Assembly (NCBI GenBank): GCA_043228905.1
Contig: JBHGNT010000006.1
Location: 6,758,001 to 6,822,000, forward strand
DNA from: Azolla caroliniana
Taxonomy: Eukaryota > Plantae > Polypodiophyta
Direction of reading: 5' to 3'
Length of the DNA: 64,000 nt
Part shown: piece after piece, positions 38,872-50,700 of the stretch
How the letters are laid out: each line of letters opens with the position of its first letter
Position numbering within the stretch: the first letter of the stretch is position 1
Position numbers and translations under genes: made by a program
Notes under the pieces: model-generated
Told to the model about the DNA's origin: nothing
The model's database searches: none
The model's input: the letters and a program-made list of their open reading frames with translations, nothing else

Positions 38872-40211
38872 TTAGAAGATGTCAGAGAAAGTTGGGAGCT
38901 TGATTGTTCCACTCTTCGACAAGGGAATGGTGAAATTGCCAATGATGGGGAGGTCGATGATGAGATTGGCAACGAGTTCGTAATCAATATCCCAATCGGC
39001 ACCAATATCTCGAAGAATGCTAATCACAAAGTCATAAGGGACGGTGATTGGGAGCTTGACAGCAGTCTTGTCATTGGCACGGATTGAGCCAGGATCAGGG
39101 ATATTTCCAGAAATAATCTCCCTATAAAACACATACAAATACCATCAGAGAAAAAGTGATGGAGGAAATGTGCAACACTTGGAATAACAAAGCCTCCAAA
39201 CACTAGAAATTTAATGAGAAAAATGTAAAGATAGAAGTCCCTCAATTCCAATTTTCGGGTTGATGTGAATGATATTATAATCATGCTAGATACTACAAGA
39301 GGTAAAAACATGATGAGCTTCACTTAAATATTAAAAAAAGCTAAACACAATCAAAACCTCGACAAGCACAATCAATCCTTGACAAATATAGGCATCAACA
39401 ATGGGGATCTATAGGGATGAGAAGAGTCATGTGCTCATTAGTCTAAGTGCACAATCTGGTAGGAAAGCATTAACATTTCTACGAATTACTTCATCAAACA
39501 AAACTCTGGATTTATTGAGATTGGAGATGCATATGTAGTTCTGATTATAACACATAACATGTCACAATTTGTCCAAGGCATTGGATATGATTATACTCCA
39601 AGAGTGCCCTATAGAGCCATATAATAACATAAATTTGGACAAAGAAACAAAAAACCGGTAACTTGTTTGATACTTACAAGTTTTCCAAACTTACAAGAAT
39701 ACCCCCATGATTTCAAAACCTACCATGGTAACCCTTCTGTGACTGTAACTTAATGGGAAAACCAGCAAAACTAACCCTAACTTATGTGCATGCTCCAAAG
39801 TTCCTGATTTTTAATCAGAATTACTCGAATCTCCCTGATTGTTACCCCAAAAGCACAAAATACCCCACCTTCTGCAGTATCGCAGAAATCAAATGATATT
39901 AGAATACCCCTAACCTGTTACTGTTGGTTTAATTTTACCCTAAACTACTCCAATCTTTTCATTAAAGTTACCCCCACAATGGGAGTACAAATAAGTATAT
40001 TTTACCTGCCGCCGGTTGTGATCCTGAAGGAGAGCTCGCAGATGGGAAGGTCGTGAGAGTAAGGGTTGGAGACAAGGACCTCGGATTCGAGAGAGAGCGC
40101 ATCACGATCCGCATGCTTTATGCTGACATCTGTCACATCGGCTTCGGGTTTCTGGATGTCCATCAATTTGTCTGTGATGAAATCCTTGGCCATGTCTAGG
40201 AGCTGATCCAT
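38872..40211 (-). CDS. LEA14: LEA14-like desiccation-related protein (LEA_2/WHy); exons 40211-40006 and 39121-38872, 151 aa
   Basis: MDQLLDMAKDFITDKL...VSNPYSHDLPICELSF...GR|EIISGNIPDPGSI...DWDIDYEL..DLPIIGNFTIPLSKSGTIKLPTFSDIF, joined by a phase-2 GT-AG intron. Confidence 0.92.
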
Positions 40212-41608
40212 GACGACGATGATTACCTTGCAACCCGTTTCTGAAATTTGCAGATGGCAATGGCGAGAGACAGAAGAGAGTTAAAAGGTCGACAGAGATC
40301 TAGATTCAACGACTTTCAATTTGCTTTTTGGCTTTTTAGTTAGTACATATTTGCAGAATGTCAATAGTCAATATTTAGTTAGGGCGTAAGTCCCACGAGG
40401 ATTTCATTGTATAACAAAATCCACAACCCCCCCTATTTCTTAATCTTTTCTAGGGCCATCCCAGGTACAAGGCCCACGTATTAATGATACATTGTCTTGT
40501 TTGTGTCTGTCTTGATGATACGCTGTCTTGTTGTGACATACACACCGACATCTATTGGATCAATCCTTCTCAATTAATCTTGATTCATTTCGATGCAAAA
40601 TCGATCATTAATCTTGATTAATCTATGTTGTGTCATCTGCTTTGATCTTTAGGTAGAAAGGTGGTTTTTTTTGAAGAGGGGGGGGGGGGGGGGGGGGGGG
40701 GGCTGTACCAATATGTTCGTTTCCACGATGTAATTAATGTTTTATTATAGATTTATTACTATAATGCCATTTAAGTAAATGAGGATTATCGAACCCTCAG
40801 GACAGTGGCAAGTCACCTCCGATTGAGCACTAGTTAGTTGCTATTTGGCACCTCCACGCAATTGAGCATTACATTGACATGCTTAAACCATTGACAACAA
40901 CCTTTTCTCAAGTGTCCACAAACAACAATTAGGGCCAAACCAATCCAAGACATGGAACCATTACATCATCATGCTTATAGATTCAAATTTAAGAATGATA
41001 AAAGGATAATGTTAGTGATTTGTTAGATGACAGGGTGATTCAAAGTTTCTTATTTGATGTACAAAGGCAATACTTCACACTCTATGTCTTGTTTATTCTT
41101 GTACAATACTCACTATGCTCTATGGGTCCCTTTTGCACGTGTTATGACCTAGACCCTAGTTTGTTTAGATGATTAGGTGGAGGGTAAAGATTCCATTCTT
41201 CTGCATTGTTGAATTCATTAGCAATGGTTTTTGTCTGCGATCTTTAAGTATTAATCTACTTTACATTACATGGTAATAGGTTGCTATTGGTGACTGCAAT
41301 AGATAGATTTCAATCAACTTTAGATTTTTAACTTAGAAGGTGATGATAGAGATGGGCGAACGAGATTCTAAATTGATTGCTTGTCTCTCAAACTTAGAAG
41401 CAAAGGATATCGACATTGGTGGATGTTTGGAGCATGTCTCCTTCCAATTACATCAAAATAAACCACCCTTGATATCATTTTCTCGTTGTCTGGCTTCTAC
41501 CTTGACGTGGCACTGAGAAGAAGGTAGGAAGATTTACCTATATATGTGAGCAACGCGTGAAATCGATGGAGAAGAGAAGTCTTCCATAGATAACAAAAAT
41601 AGGTTACA

Positions 41609-42733
41609 ATTCTCCTCGTCTATCTCAAGTGGGGGGGGGGACAACCAAGCTTGCTTTTTCTTGTTTGCAAGCTTCAAGCTTCTCTCTTGGCAAACATTTT
41701 GTGATCACGTCGAAGCCATTCTCGTTAGCATTAACCTTCTCAATGTGCATTTGCTTTTCTTCCAACCCATCTTGAATCCAATGGAATCTCACATCAACGT
41801 GTTTATACTTAGAATAAGCAGAAAAGGTCTTGTATAAATGTATAACACTCTAACTATCATGATGCAGAATATACCTTTCTTGCACCAATCCCGACTCATG
41901 TAGGAATTTGTTCAGCCATAACATCTCTTAAATTACAAGCTTCTGTAGTAGCAATATACTCTACATCTGTTGTGGATAATGCCATGCATTTTTGAAGTCT
42001 CGATTGCCAAGAGATAGCTCCCCCTTTGCAAAGATCATTAAAACCCCTAATGTGGATTTTCTAGAGTCAATGTCACTGACCATGTTTGCATCTATATACC
42101 CATCTAACAAAGTTTGGTCATCACCAAAACTTAGACAAACTCTCGAAGTGCATCTCAGATATCACAAAATCCATTTCACTGCTTCCTAATGATCTTTGCC
42201 AGGATTCGAGAGAAAATGACTTATTACACCAATTGCATGAGCAATGTCCAGCCTCATGCATACCATAACATACATCAAATGGCCAACTACAGAAAAATAT
42301 GGTATTTATTTAATTTCTTCTTATTCTTCCTCACTTGTAGGGTATTGTTTAGAGCTGAGTTTAAAGTGGCCTGCGAGTGGAGCATTGATTGCCTTACACT
42401 TGGCCATGTTAAATCTCTCACGAACTTTCACAATATATTTTTCTTGAAACAACCAAAGTTTTTTGCTTGCTCTATCCCTAGTTATCTTCATCCCAAGGAT
42501 TTGCTTAGCTGGTCCCAAGTGCTTCATAGCAAAAGACTTGTTAAGCTCTCTCTTCAATTTCTCAATCTTGTTGGTATCTTGACCAACGATCAAAATATCA
42601 TCTACATACAAGAATAGAATAATGAGATCACCATCGAAGAATTTCTTAAAGAAGACACAGTGATCTGAGTTAGTTCTGTTATACCCATGGTTTAACATGA
42701 ACAAATAACTTTTTTGTACCATAGTCTAGGACT
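41609..42733 (-). mobile_element. Ty1/Copia remnant: RT C-terminus, RNase H and PPT; 3' LTR starts at 41608 and runs leftwards
   Basis: SPRLWYKK, LFLYVDDILIVG, MKHLGPAKQILGM, ALSTTDVEYIA and KHVDVRFHWIQ motifs with frameshifts. A purine tract followed by TGTAAC lies on the minus strand. Confidence 0.88.
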
Positions 42734-43254
42734 TGATGAAAATAGTGCTCGGCCACAACCGAGTCTCAAACACACAATGGAAGAGATAAACAGAAAGTAG
42801 CAATGCACTTCCACATACAACAAAGACAATACCGAATGTTAACGTGGAAAAAAACCCTGACCGGGAAAAACCACGGGAGCCCATAGACTCCAACTATCAC
42901 TATGAGAGAAAGGGTACAACAGGAGACTTTGAGGCAATGACCTCGAGCTCTATCTTCGCCAACCGACGGTTACAACAAAAAAGCTTTATGTATCTCTCTC
43001 TCTCTTTGTCCCTCTTTGTACAACGATAACAACTCTCAACCAACTATGCTAATAACAGTATTGCCCTAGTTATATTTATACTTATATAACTTTGGGGTTA
43101 TTTACAAATATGACCTCAAGTAGTCACATCGAACATATACATATACTAATGTCTAGCCGCATACCAACCGGATCCATCCGGTCCGGTTCCTTTGGCTTGT
43201 CCGGTTCTCATCCGGATCCCATCTGGAGTGAAGGGGGAATTCCCAATTGAGACA
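42734..43254 (-). mobile_element. Isolated LTR (TG...CA, ~520 bp), Copia-like
   Basis: TG/CA termini cut precisely into Copia RT on the left and LINE RT on the right. It contains a TTAACGTGGAAAA...GGGAAAAACCACGGG motif common in plant Copia LTRs. No matching TSD. Confidence 0.6.
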
Positions 43255-44570
43255 TTTTCGGACCAAATCCTAGTTTGACCATTGTGGCTGCCACAAAATC
43301 CCATTGGATGGTGTCAAAGGCCTTTTCAATGTCAATTTGCATGAGCAATACATCTTGTTTGGTGTATTTGGCATACTCCATTCCAATATAAGAATTAGCA
43401 ATATTATTTGTAATTTGCCTTCGAGGAATGAATCCATACTGGTTTACGTGTATGCATCCCAACAAAGTGTCCTTAATACGATTAGCAATTATCTTTGCAA
43501 TAAGTTTGTAGATCACTGGCATGAGAGTGATTGGTTGCCAATCCGAAAAAGATTCACAGTTTCTTTTTGGGTATTAATTTGACCAAACCTTCTTTCCATG
43601 AGATCGGCATATCCCATTGTTGCCAAACATTATTTGCATAGATAGGATTAAATCCTTAAGAACATCCCAAAATTCTATAATGAACTCTAACGTAATACTA
43701 TCCCAACCAGACGCTTTTCCTTTCTCGAGGCCCTTTCGAGCCTCCAAGAGCTCCTCCATTGTGAATGCTGCATCCAAAGCAATAGCTTTATCAAGACAAA
43801 TAGTGGGTTGAACTAGTGACAAGAATGTATCTCTAGCTTGTTTAACTGCATCTGTAACAACGACATTGTTCTTAAAGATGTGAGAGAAGTGACTTACACA
43901 TTCCTTGGCTAGTTCAAGTCGGTTTGTAGTCCAAAAACCATCACTAGTTTTGATGAATTTAATGGATTCCCTTTGGCGTATTAAATGCAACCTTTTGAAG
44001 ACGGATTTAGAAGAGCATCCTTTGTCTTTCAATGGAATTTGTCTTGACCTAACTTGCCATTTTTCCAATTTATTTTTGTCATGTAGCATCAATGTGTGTT
44101 TGGCCATACACAATGCATCCTCTTCATGTAAAGTCAAAGATCTTCTATGTGCTAACTCCGTTAGGGCTTGGCAAGTAAATTTGGCTTGTTGAGTGTAATC
44201 TCTCTGTCTTGAGACATACCACTTCCCATACTCTTGTATTATTGCTTGTAATCTATGTACAAAATATACCCATGCTATATCAACATCTATGTTGACTTCT
44301 ACATAAAGAGGAGGTATTATGTCATAGACCATCCTCTTGAAGAGTTCATGCTTGAGGTAGTTGTTGTTAATGAGCATAAGTCTCTTCCTTTGTAGATGCA
44401 CTTCATAGGAATGATTCCCAAAATCAAGGTCTAGCCAGATAGGAGCATGATTTGACAACTGCAAAGCATGATCTATATGCATTGTACATGTGAAATTTTC
44501 ATACTGACTACCATGCAACAAATACCATCTATCAAGCCTTGCATAGTATGCGAAGAGGTGGTATGCCAAT
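43255..44570 (-). mobile_element. L1-type LINE ORF2 fragment (endonuclease end plus RT start), frameshifted
   Basis: ARLDRWY, LSNHAPI, KGKASGWDSITLEF, YKLIAKIIANRI, QYGFIPRRQI, DIEKAFDTIQWDF motifs. Confidence 0.88.
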
Positions 44571-46198
44571 ATGGGTGCGTGGGAAAGATCGTGGCTGACT
44601 AGGGGGAGCTGGATACGCAGGAAGCAGACGAGTTGTTCAACCGGCTAGGGGTTAAGCTTTCCCTCACTACGGCGTACAATCTGGAGGCGAACGGGAAGGT
44701 AGAGCACGGGCACGGGCCGATTGTGAAGGCGTTAGTACGGGCTTGCGAAGGACAAGTCGGGAATTGGCCACGGCTCCTACCTTACGCATTGTGGGCGGAC
44801 CGAACTACGCATAGTTCGGTAACCGGGTTCATGCTGGCAGAGCTGATGTATGGGCAGAAGCCGATCATGCCAATAGAGTGAGTGATCTCCTTGTGGGTGG
44901 CGGTGGACTAGAGAGACGAAATGAGCCGAGAAGAGCTACTAGTTGCGCGGATTCGACAACTTGAACAAAGACTGGAGGACGTGGAACAGGCAAAGGCGAA
45001 GCTGCATGCGGCGAGCGCAAGGAATAAAGGCCGGTTCGACCAGACTCACTGGCTACGAACGAAGAAGATTGAGGAAGGCGACTGGGTACTGGTTTATGAC
45101 AACAGCCTCGACAACCAGCACAAGGCAACACGCAAGTTTGCAAGAAGGTGGTTCGGGCCTTATGCCGTAACAAGCGCAAACAACAACAACACCTACCATC
45201 TCGTGGAGCTCGACACAACGAGGATAGCTGTACCGGTGGCTGGGAAGAGGATCAAGGCATTCAAGAACCAACACGAGGAAGAACCAGACCCGGGGGGCAT
45301 AGACGACGACAACGATTGGATCAGAGCAGATGGAAATTCGGAGAGTGATGGGTGAACGCGAGCCGGTTTTCTCTAGCATTTGTCCCTCTTTGGCAAATAC
45401 TGGTGGATGCGCAGTTTGGTGGGGGTGGATGTCGTGAAGAAAACTGGCCTTGGGAGGAATCAATGAATAAGACGCATGAACAGGCCCTTACACGTGGGCG
45501 CATGATTTTAATAACTTTGTACATGACTAGGAATAGGTCGGCTAATGCATATATACTAGGTAGTACATATTTATTAGCTAAGAAATCGATGCATATCTCT
45601 ATCTGAAGGGACAGAATAAAGATGATGTACTCAGGATGTGACGGCCCTCCTCGGCGACCTATAAAAGAGAGGGGAGAAGGCTGAAACGGGTATTGTGTTT
45701 TGGCGAGGACGGAGTGTTGTCAAACTAGGAACCGTGTTTTCTCCTCCTCTATTGTTGTTCTCTACAGGTTTCTTGGACGGTTGCCTCTGCTTCGAGGAAA
45801 GCCCGAGTGCTTCCGGCAGGGGCTCCACTGTGCGCGTGAGTGCGTGAGTGTCTGTGTTGGGTCTGTTGCCGGCTTGCCGATTGTAATCTTGCAAAGTTGT
45901 AATCTTTATTGTGGGAATCGATTCTCCTATTTGTTGTCTTTCTGTGCTTTTTTTCCTGCGTGTTTGCCTTTCACTGTCTGGTGGGTGCGCATCTCTGTTT
46001 GTTCTGTACATGTGGTCGTGATTCATTGGGCCAGTAAGCGCCGCTTGCCGGAAGTAGGCATTCTCCTGCTCGACGCTTGCACTCTCCTCTCTCCCCTAGT
46101 TTCTTGCACTCCTCGGTCCAAGGCCTCCGTGGTCCTGTCTTAGTTTTCCTACGCGAGAGCGTAACAACATGGTAACGTACTCGCGGAATACCGTGACA
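44571..46198 (+). mobile_element. Ty3/Gypsy 3' part: integrase C-terminus, PPT and 3' LTR (45430-46198)
   Basis: TTAYNLEANGKVEHGH, WPRLLPYALWADRTT and KFARRWFGPY motifs. PPT TTTGGTGGGGGTGGA is followed by TGTCGTG...CGTGACA with an internal TATA box. Confidence 0.88.
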
Positions 46199-47067
46199 AC
46201 GCATCCCTTTTTGGCTCATGTGACACAACCTCTTGTGCCACAGCTCACCAGTAGTGTCGGATGCCACATTCACTTCTTCCCGGCATATTCGGGCATGCAT
46301 TAGGTACAAGGTGTTGATCTTCTGGGCTCGGGCCATGATCAAGCTTCCTTTGCTGAATTTCATGACTCTGTTTCGGATGCTACCCGTGTAGCCTTCGTCA
46401 TCAAGCCAATCGACTGATATCAGGTTCAACCGAACCTTCGGAACGTGCCAGACGTCTTTCAACAACAACTTGCACCTGATTGGGATCATCAGCACACGTT
46501 TCCTACGTCGAGAATTCTTCATGCACCTTCATTCCCCATCCGGACACAACCGTGATCTCCGACTTTGTAGGATGAGAAGCACTTCCGATCGGGGGTCAGG
46601 TGGAACGATGCTCCAGAGTTGACCAACCATGTCGTTTCGTCGCTAACAAGATGCAGCTCACTCTCCTCAGTGATTAGCAACAATTCCTCTTCGCTTGTCG
46701 CGATTGCCGACGTTCCTTTCTGATCCGAACTCCTCCGGTCCGGACCCTTCTTCGAGTCGGCATTGTCTGTTCCTTTCTCCTTCCAGAAATGTCAGCAATT
46801 CTTTTGGAAGTGCCCCGACTTCCCACAATAGAAGCGCGTGGGCCTCCTCCTTGAATTCGACCTTGTCCCCGATTTGTCCCAGTTCTGGGGACTTTGATTC
46901 CGACCTCTTCCCTAGTTATTGTTGTCTTCCGTAACCAAGGCCTTTAGATCAGTTTTGGATTCCTGGTCCTTCCGGCGAGCTTCTTCATCCAACGAGCTTG
47001 ATTTTAGCCTTGCTAGGGACATGTGTTTTCCTTTAGGCCTGACGTTGCTCAAAGTGACAACTAGCGT
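46199..47067 (-). mobile_element. Ty1/Copia remnant: gag end, zinc knuckle, protease and GAG-pre-integrase
   Basis: TLVVTLSN, YCGKSGHFQKNC, WLVNSGASFHL, LKDVWHVPKVRLNLISV and LWHKRLCHMSQKG motifs. Confidence 0.87.
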
Positions 47068-47749
47068 TGTCGTGATGTGGCGTGCTCGAGTGTGGGAAAA
47101 ACCGGTGAAAGGGGGGGTCAAAATGTGTATGTGCAATGTGTGTGCACACAAAGGCAATTAATTGTGTACATGTAATTAATTTGGTCTTACAATGCAACGT
47201 GATTTAAGGAATTTTATTCCTTTTGCATTGAAGACGAATGTGGTGACCCCCCTTTCTTTTTTTCCTATAAAAGGAGGTCAAGTGGGGCTCATTTGGGAGG
47301 AGGAGACTATCGCCATTTTTCTTTCAGAGCTCTTCATCTTCATCTTCACCATTTTTCTTAATCTCATACCCCTTCATCCCCTCATCCCCTCATCGCCACA
47401 TGATCGTCTTCTTCGTGTTGGCACTCGAAGTGCTTGGGTCGTTTACGGTGTTCGTGAGCCTGAGCCTCATTGGTTCGGTGTTGTTTCGCCCCCGTTCGTC
47501 GTTGCGAGCCCGTGTGCTCACCGTTTGGGTGGTCGTGGTTCGTTGGGGTTGACATTTTTGTGTTGTGGTGTGCTCGTCTTCTTCGTGTTCGTGCTCGGTG
47601 TTCGGATTTGCTCTTGTCTATAAGGGCATTTAGTATTTATGTTTTGTTGAGCTTGTGGTTAACTAGAAGTCGCCACATTGTAATCAAAACCTATTTTATA
47701 AAGGGCACTCTTGCATTGCAATCGAACTTACATATCTACTTCTTTAGCC

Positions 47750-50700
47750 AATGTCATTCGTGTTTTCTTTCTTTAATTCTCGTCTCCTTGTACGTTCGAC
47801 CGTCTTGTGAAGAGGGAGCGTTTCGGGCGTACCCATGCACCTCGCCTCCTTAGAAAGGCGTACAAGCATTTGTGCGTGTGTTTGTGTCTTCCTTGTACGT
47901 TCGGACGTCTTGTGAAGAGGGAGCATTTCGGACGTGCCCATGCACCTCTCCTCCTCATAAAGGCGTACGAGCATTCGTGCGTGTGTTTTGTGTCTTCCTT
48001 GTACGTTCCGATGTCTTGTGATGAGGGAGCATTTGGGCTTGCCCACACACCTCTCCTCCTCATAAAGGCGTATGAGCATTCGTGCACGTGTTTTGTGACT
48101 TCCTTGTACGTTTGACCATTTTGTGACGAGGGGGTTCGGGCTTGCCCATGCACCTCTCCTCCTCATAAAGGCGTAAGAGCATTCGTGCACGTGTTTTGTG
48201 TCTTCCTTGTATGTTCGACCGTTTTGTGACGAGGGGGTTCGAGCTTGCCCATGCACCTCTCCTCCTCATAAAGGCGTACGAGCATTCGTGCGCGTGTTTT
48301 GTGTCTTCCTTGTACGTTCGACCGTTTTGTGACGAGGGGGTTCGGGCTTGCCCATGCACCTCTCCTCCTCATTGTCAGGAATTGTACTAAAACAAAGAGA
48401 GAATTAGTACTAGAGAAGGGAAGTACTATTAGTACTAAGAGGATGGGACTGCATAAGACTCCCGAGAGGGAGGAAAGAGAAGAGAAGAGAGAGAGAGAGA
48501 TAATGAGGACGAGAGAGAGAGAGAGATGATGATAACAGATGATATATTATAGGAAGAGTAAGTACAAGATGGCTATGAGGCTTAAGACTGGCGTTGAACC
48601 AATTTGGTTCAACATAATGCCTAGTGCCTTCATTTATAGTGTTCTTAGGAGTAATCCTGAAGCTTCTAGAATGTTCCAGAGAAATCTGGAATATACATTA
48701 ATTTCCTATAATAAAACTTAAATGAAAATAATATCCTACGTATTACAATAGATGGTATAATGGTCAAGAGCTCAACCCATATAACATAAGGCCATGGGTT
48801 CGAGTCTTGCCATATCATGACACTATCTCCCCCTTAAGACGACGAGTGGAACGAGTCGGCGCTGATTGTGGACCTGGTTTGTTCGGATACTTTCGGTGGA
48901 ACTCAGTAAGAAGATCCTGAGCATTGGTGACATGCTCAACAGGTTCCCAAGTACGTTCGCTCGGACTATAGCCGAGCCAATCAACCAAATAATAAAGTTT
49001 GTTGCGAACAAGTTTGGAATCGAGGACGACAACAACTTCATACTCCAAGCCGGCTTCCAACTCAAGCGGGGGCGGCGGTGGTGTAACACGATCGGGAATA
49101 GTGTTTGCTTTATAAGGTTCAAGAAGAGAGCTATGGAAAACCGGATGTATCTGAAGATGCGGAGGTTGATCAAGGTGGAACGTGACATCATTAACCTTAC
49201 TAGTAATACGGAAAGGACCGAGTCGTCGATAATCCAACTTGTTGCACGATCGAGTAGTCTTGATGTGACGACGTAAGAGCCATACGTGGTCTTCGATGGC
49301 AAAAGAGGAGGGAAGCCGATGACGATTCGCATAAGTCTTCTGTGTGTGTTGAGCATGACGAAGATGAGTAGAGAGATCCATCTGGATCTTGCGTGGCCTC
49401 TTCTTTATCTCCTTGTTGAGAAAGAATGCTACTGAGGGTGAAATCCGATGCGTCGGCCTCCATGATGAATGGTTTCTTTATATCCACATGAGCTACAATA
49501 GGAGCTGATGTAAAGGCTTTCTTAAGATGCCGAAAAGCCATGTCCGCTTCATTGGACCAAAGAAATGCTTGTCCCTTCTTCGTAAGTTGTGTGAGAGGTA
49601 AAATAATCTTCGAGTAATCCTGTATAAACTTGCGGCAGAAGTTAGCAAAACCTAGAAAACACTGTACATCTCGTACCGACCGTGGAATTTGCCACTCTAG
49701 CACAGTTTGGACTTTAGCTGGATCCATGGAGATGCCCTTTGAGGAGATGACGTAGCCTAGAAATTCCACTTGCTTGTAGTCAAAGCTACATTTATCTAGC
49801 TTGGCATAAAGACCATTCTCGCGGAGTCGTTTTAGTACTAATAGTACATGAGAATCGTGGTCTTCTTGGGTCTTCAAATAAATCAATAGATCATCTAGAT
49901 ACATGATCAAACAGATATCCAAGAGGTCTTTGAATATATCATTTGCCATGTGTTGGAAGTTTGCGGGTGCATTGGTTAGACCAAATGACATAACAGTATA
50001 TTCGAAATGCCCATACCGCGTGCGATAGGCAGTCTTCCATTCATCTCCCGGTCAGATCCGCACGAGGTTATACGCTCCTCGAAGATCGATTTTTGTAAAA
50101 AACTTGGCACCATTAACTCACTCTAAAAGACTTGATATAAGAGGAAGTGCATACCTATTCCGGATGGTGACTTTATTTAAGCCGTGGTAATCAACGACGA
50201 GACGAAGTGAGTCATCTTTCTTCTTGACAAAGAAGATGGGTGCACCGGCTGGAGATTTCGAATGACGAATAAAGCCGCTTGCCAAGTTCTCATCTATGTA
50301 GGCTCAAAGGACTTCTAACTCGGTGGGAAACAAGTTGTAAATTGGTCCCCATGGTGCCTCTGCTCCTGGTTGTAGATTGATGGGACAATCATAGGGACGA
50401 TGATGAGGAAGAGTACTGGCTTTTACCTTGTCAAATACATCGGCATAAGGATGATATTTCACCGGAAGTTGTACTAAGGATTCCTCCTTAATAGTGCTGG
50501 AAGGATGTACTGATATTGCAAATAGGAACATTGCCTCCTTGTGTCCTTCTTCGCGTAATTGACGTAGTGAAATGGTCGAAACTCGATGAGTAGATTCTTG
50601 GGGTTGTCGATGTCGGACTTCTCTTGTTCTCCAATCTATGTCTGGATTATGTAATTCAAACCAAGGTAATCCTAGGACAATGGGATGCTCTGGACTACTA

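Noticed and set aside
40678-40702. Poly-G run upstream of LEA14 as a G-quadruplex element
   Set aside because: Simple homopolymer with similar runs at ~30177 and ~41631. Length is unreliable and nothing points to function.
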